DNA of 64,000 nt, from positions 462,365 through 526,364 of the forward strand of contig NW_003314319.1 of NCBI RefSeq assembly GCF_000143415.4. Reading direction: 5' to 3'. The stretch comes from Selaginella moellendorffii (Eukaryota; Plantae; Lycopodiophyta). Under the pieces are notes generated by a model. That model searched no databases. It was not told the origin of the DNA and worked only from the letters and a program-made list of their open reading frames with translations. Positions 62,942-64,000 of the stretch are shown here, piece after piece (position 1 is the stretch's first letter; every line of letters starts with the position of its first letter). The position numbers and the translations under genes were made by a program.

Positions 62942-64000
62942 TCAAGCAGCTTGAGATGCAGGTGGAGTGAAATAGATTGTAGGTGGGGACAATGAAAATG
63001 GTGCTTTTGGTTTGGGCCATACAAGCTGTGAAGATTCTGTCAAGAAAAAGCATGTAGTAAAACTGAAAGAAAAAATAAGGATATCTGCATCAAATATCAT
63101 GTCATCCAGAGGTTGATCATACAGCTCCAGAACGTCCTTGAGCTTGGGAGCATCTTCGGCCAAAATAACTGCGAGGAATTTTAGCCAGAGTCAGGGAAAC
63201 TACTACTTACTTCCACTTATAACTCCGGCATCATCGGGGAGAAGCTCTTCGGCAGCTGTCCGGACAGAATCGAGTGAAACCAATCTTTGTTCCTGAGCAA
63301 ACCAAAAAAAATCAATCCACAAAGAAAAAGCATCGGAAAAATAGAAAAGGAGCGTACCTCGTCCATTTCCGATAGCTGCCTTCCCCATTTCAGCATATTA
63401 ACATTCAGCTCGGAGACCTGGAGAGAAACGCCAACGTCTCTCACGAATCCGATGGTTTGCCACAACATACCGCTGTAAGTAGGCTGTTTTTCGGATGAGG
63501 ATCGTAAGGTCCCATGTTTGACGAGTTTATAAACCCCGTCATCCAGCTCGTGAAAGAACGGTATGGCACCTGGACAGTTCTAAAAGAGAAAAACCATAAG
63601 TTTCTACAGAAGGATAGCTAGAACTTGAGCCTCACATCTTCCGTGAAGGAGAGAAGGCAAACTGAATCGAGGTGCCGGGTGTCAGCATGCAAATTCTTGA
63701 GAAGTTGCATCAAGATCACGGTCTCGGCCTGTGGATCAAAGATCTGAATCGAGAAAGAAAAAGAAAAATCTCTACCTCGACCAAATGTAGGCAACAGGTC
63801 GGATAGATTAGAAGAAAGCCAGAGACTTTGTCGAGTTTGCCAGCGATCTTGTGGAGCATTTCCTGGTGATAATCTGCGAAAGAAAGGAGATATATTTGGA
63901 GTGAAAAGAATCTATTCGACTACTTGTCATTCGCTCCTTGTCCGTCTCCTTGACCGCTCTCCCAGCGTACATCATCCGGCTGATCACAAGCTTCTTGACC
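62942..64000 (-). CDS. DYBLUP: BLUF-fold ciliary protein, DYBLUP/MOT7/TEX47(C7orf62)-like, 3' portion (start lies beyond the right edge)
   Basis: Spliced translation: VKKLVISRMMYAGRAVKETDKERMT/NYHQEMLHKIAGKLDKVSGFLLIYPTCCLHLVE/AETVILMQLLKNLHADTRHLDSVCLLSFTED/VPYRSFTSWMTG../VSELNVNMLKWGRQL../..ELYDQPLDDMIFDA/ELVWP. Matches the recalled TEX47 motifs TGLLLIYP..HILE, R.F..W and SE.VWP. Confidence 0.75.
63028..63084 (-). other. U12-type (minor spliceosome) AT-AC intron, 57 nt
   Basis: 5' ATATCCTT, branch site TTCTTGAC about 11 nt before the 3' CAC. Removing it restores D-A-E-L-V-W-P. Confidence 0.85.

Overview
Compact, gene-dense nuclear DNA from a land plant. Very short introns (mostly ~45-60 nt), intronless SS-motif PLS-PPR genes and a flagellar gene point to a lycophyte such as Selaginella (inference). 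Order along the window: SEX4-like glucan phosphatase (5' part), plastid RidA, dienelactone hydrolase, LEA_2 protein, UDP-sugar pyrophosphorylase (with an assembly gap), tRNA-Ser(GCT), DNA polymerase epsilon catalytic subunit, a Gly-rich unknown gene, a DNase I-like (EEP) gene, two germin-like genes with a decayed third copy between them, two head-to-head PPR genes, an S21 R2R3-MYB, RBP45/47, a small plastid-like membrane protein, penta-ubiquitin, AGO1, UBP22 and a third PPR. Then come ~10 kb of nested decayed transposons (truncated gypsy-like 3' end, solo LTR, duplicated AT-rich host repeat, (TA)n) and the 3' part of a BLUF-fold DYBLUP/MOT7/TEX47-like gene. Best leads: (1) the BLUF-fold ciliary gene, which carries a 57-nt in-frame, stop-free U12 AT-AC intron; (2) a PPR protein with an N-terminal FGKHKG (DUF3820/QSregVF_b-like) module; (3) a tRNA squeezed into the USP/Pol epsilon divergent promoter; (4) substitutions in the Pol epsilon proofreading motif. 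All calls come from manual reading and recalled family motifs; no searches were run.
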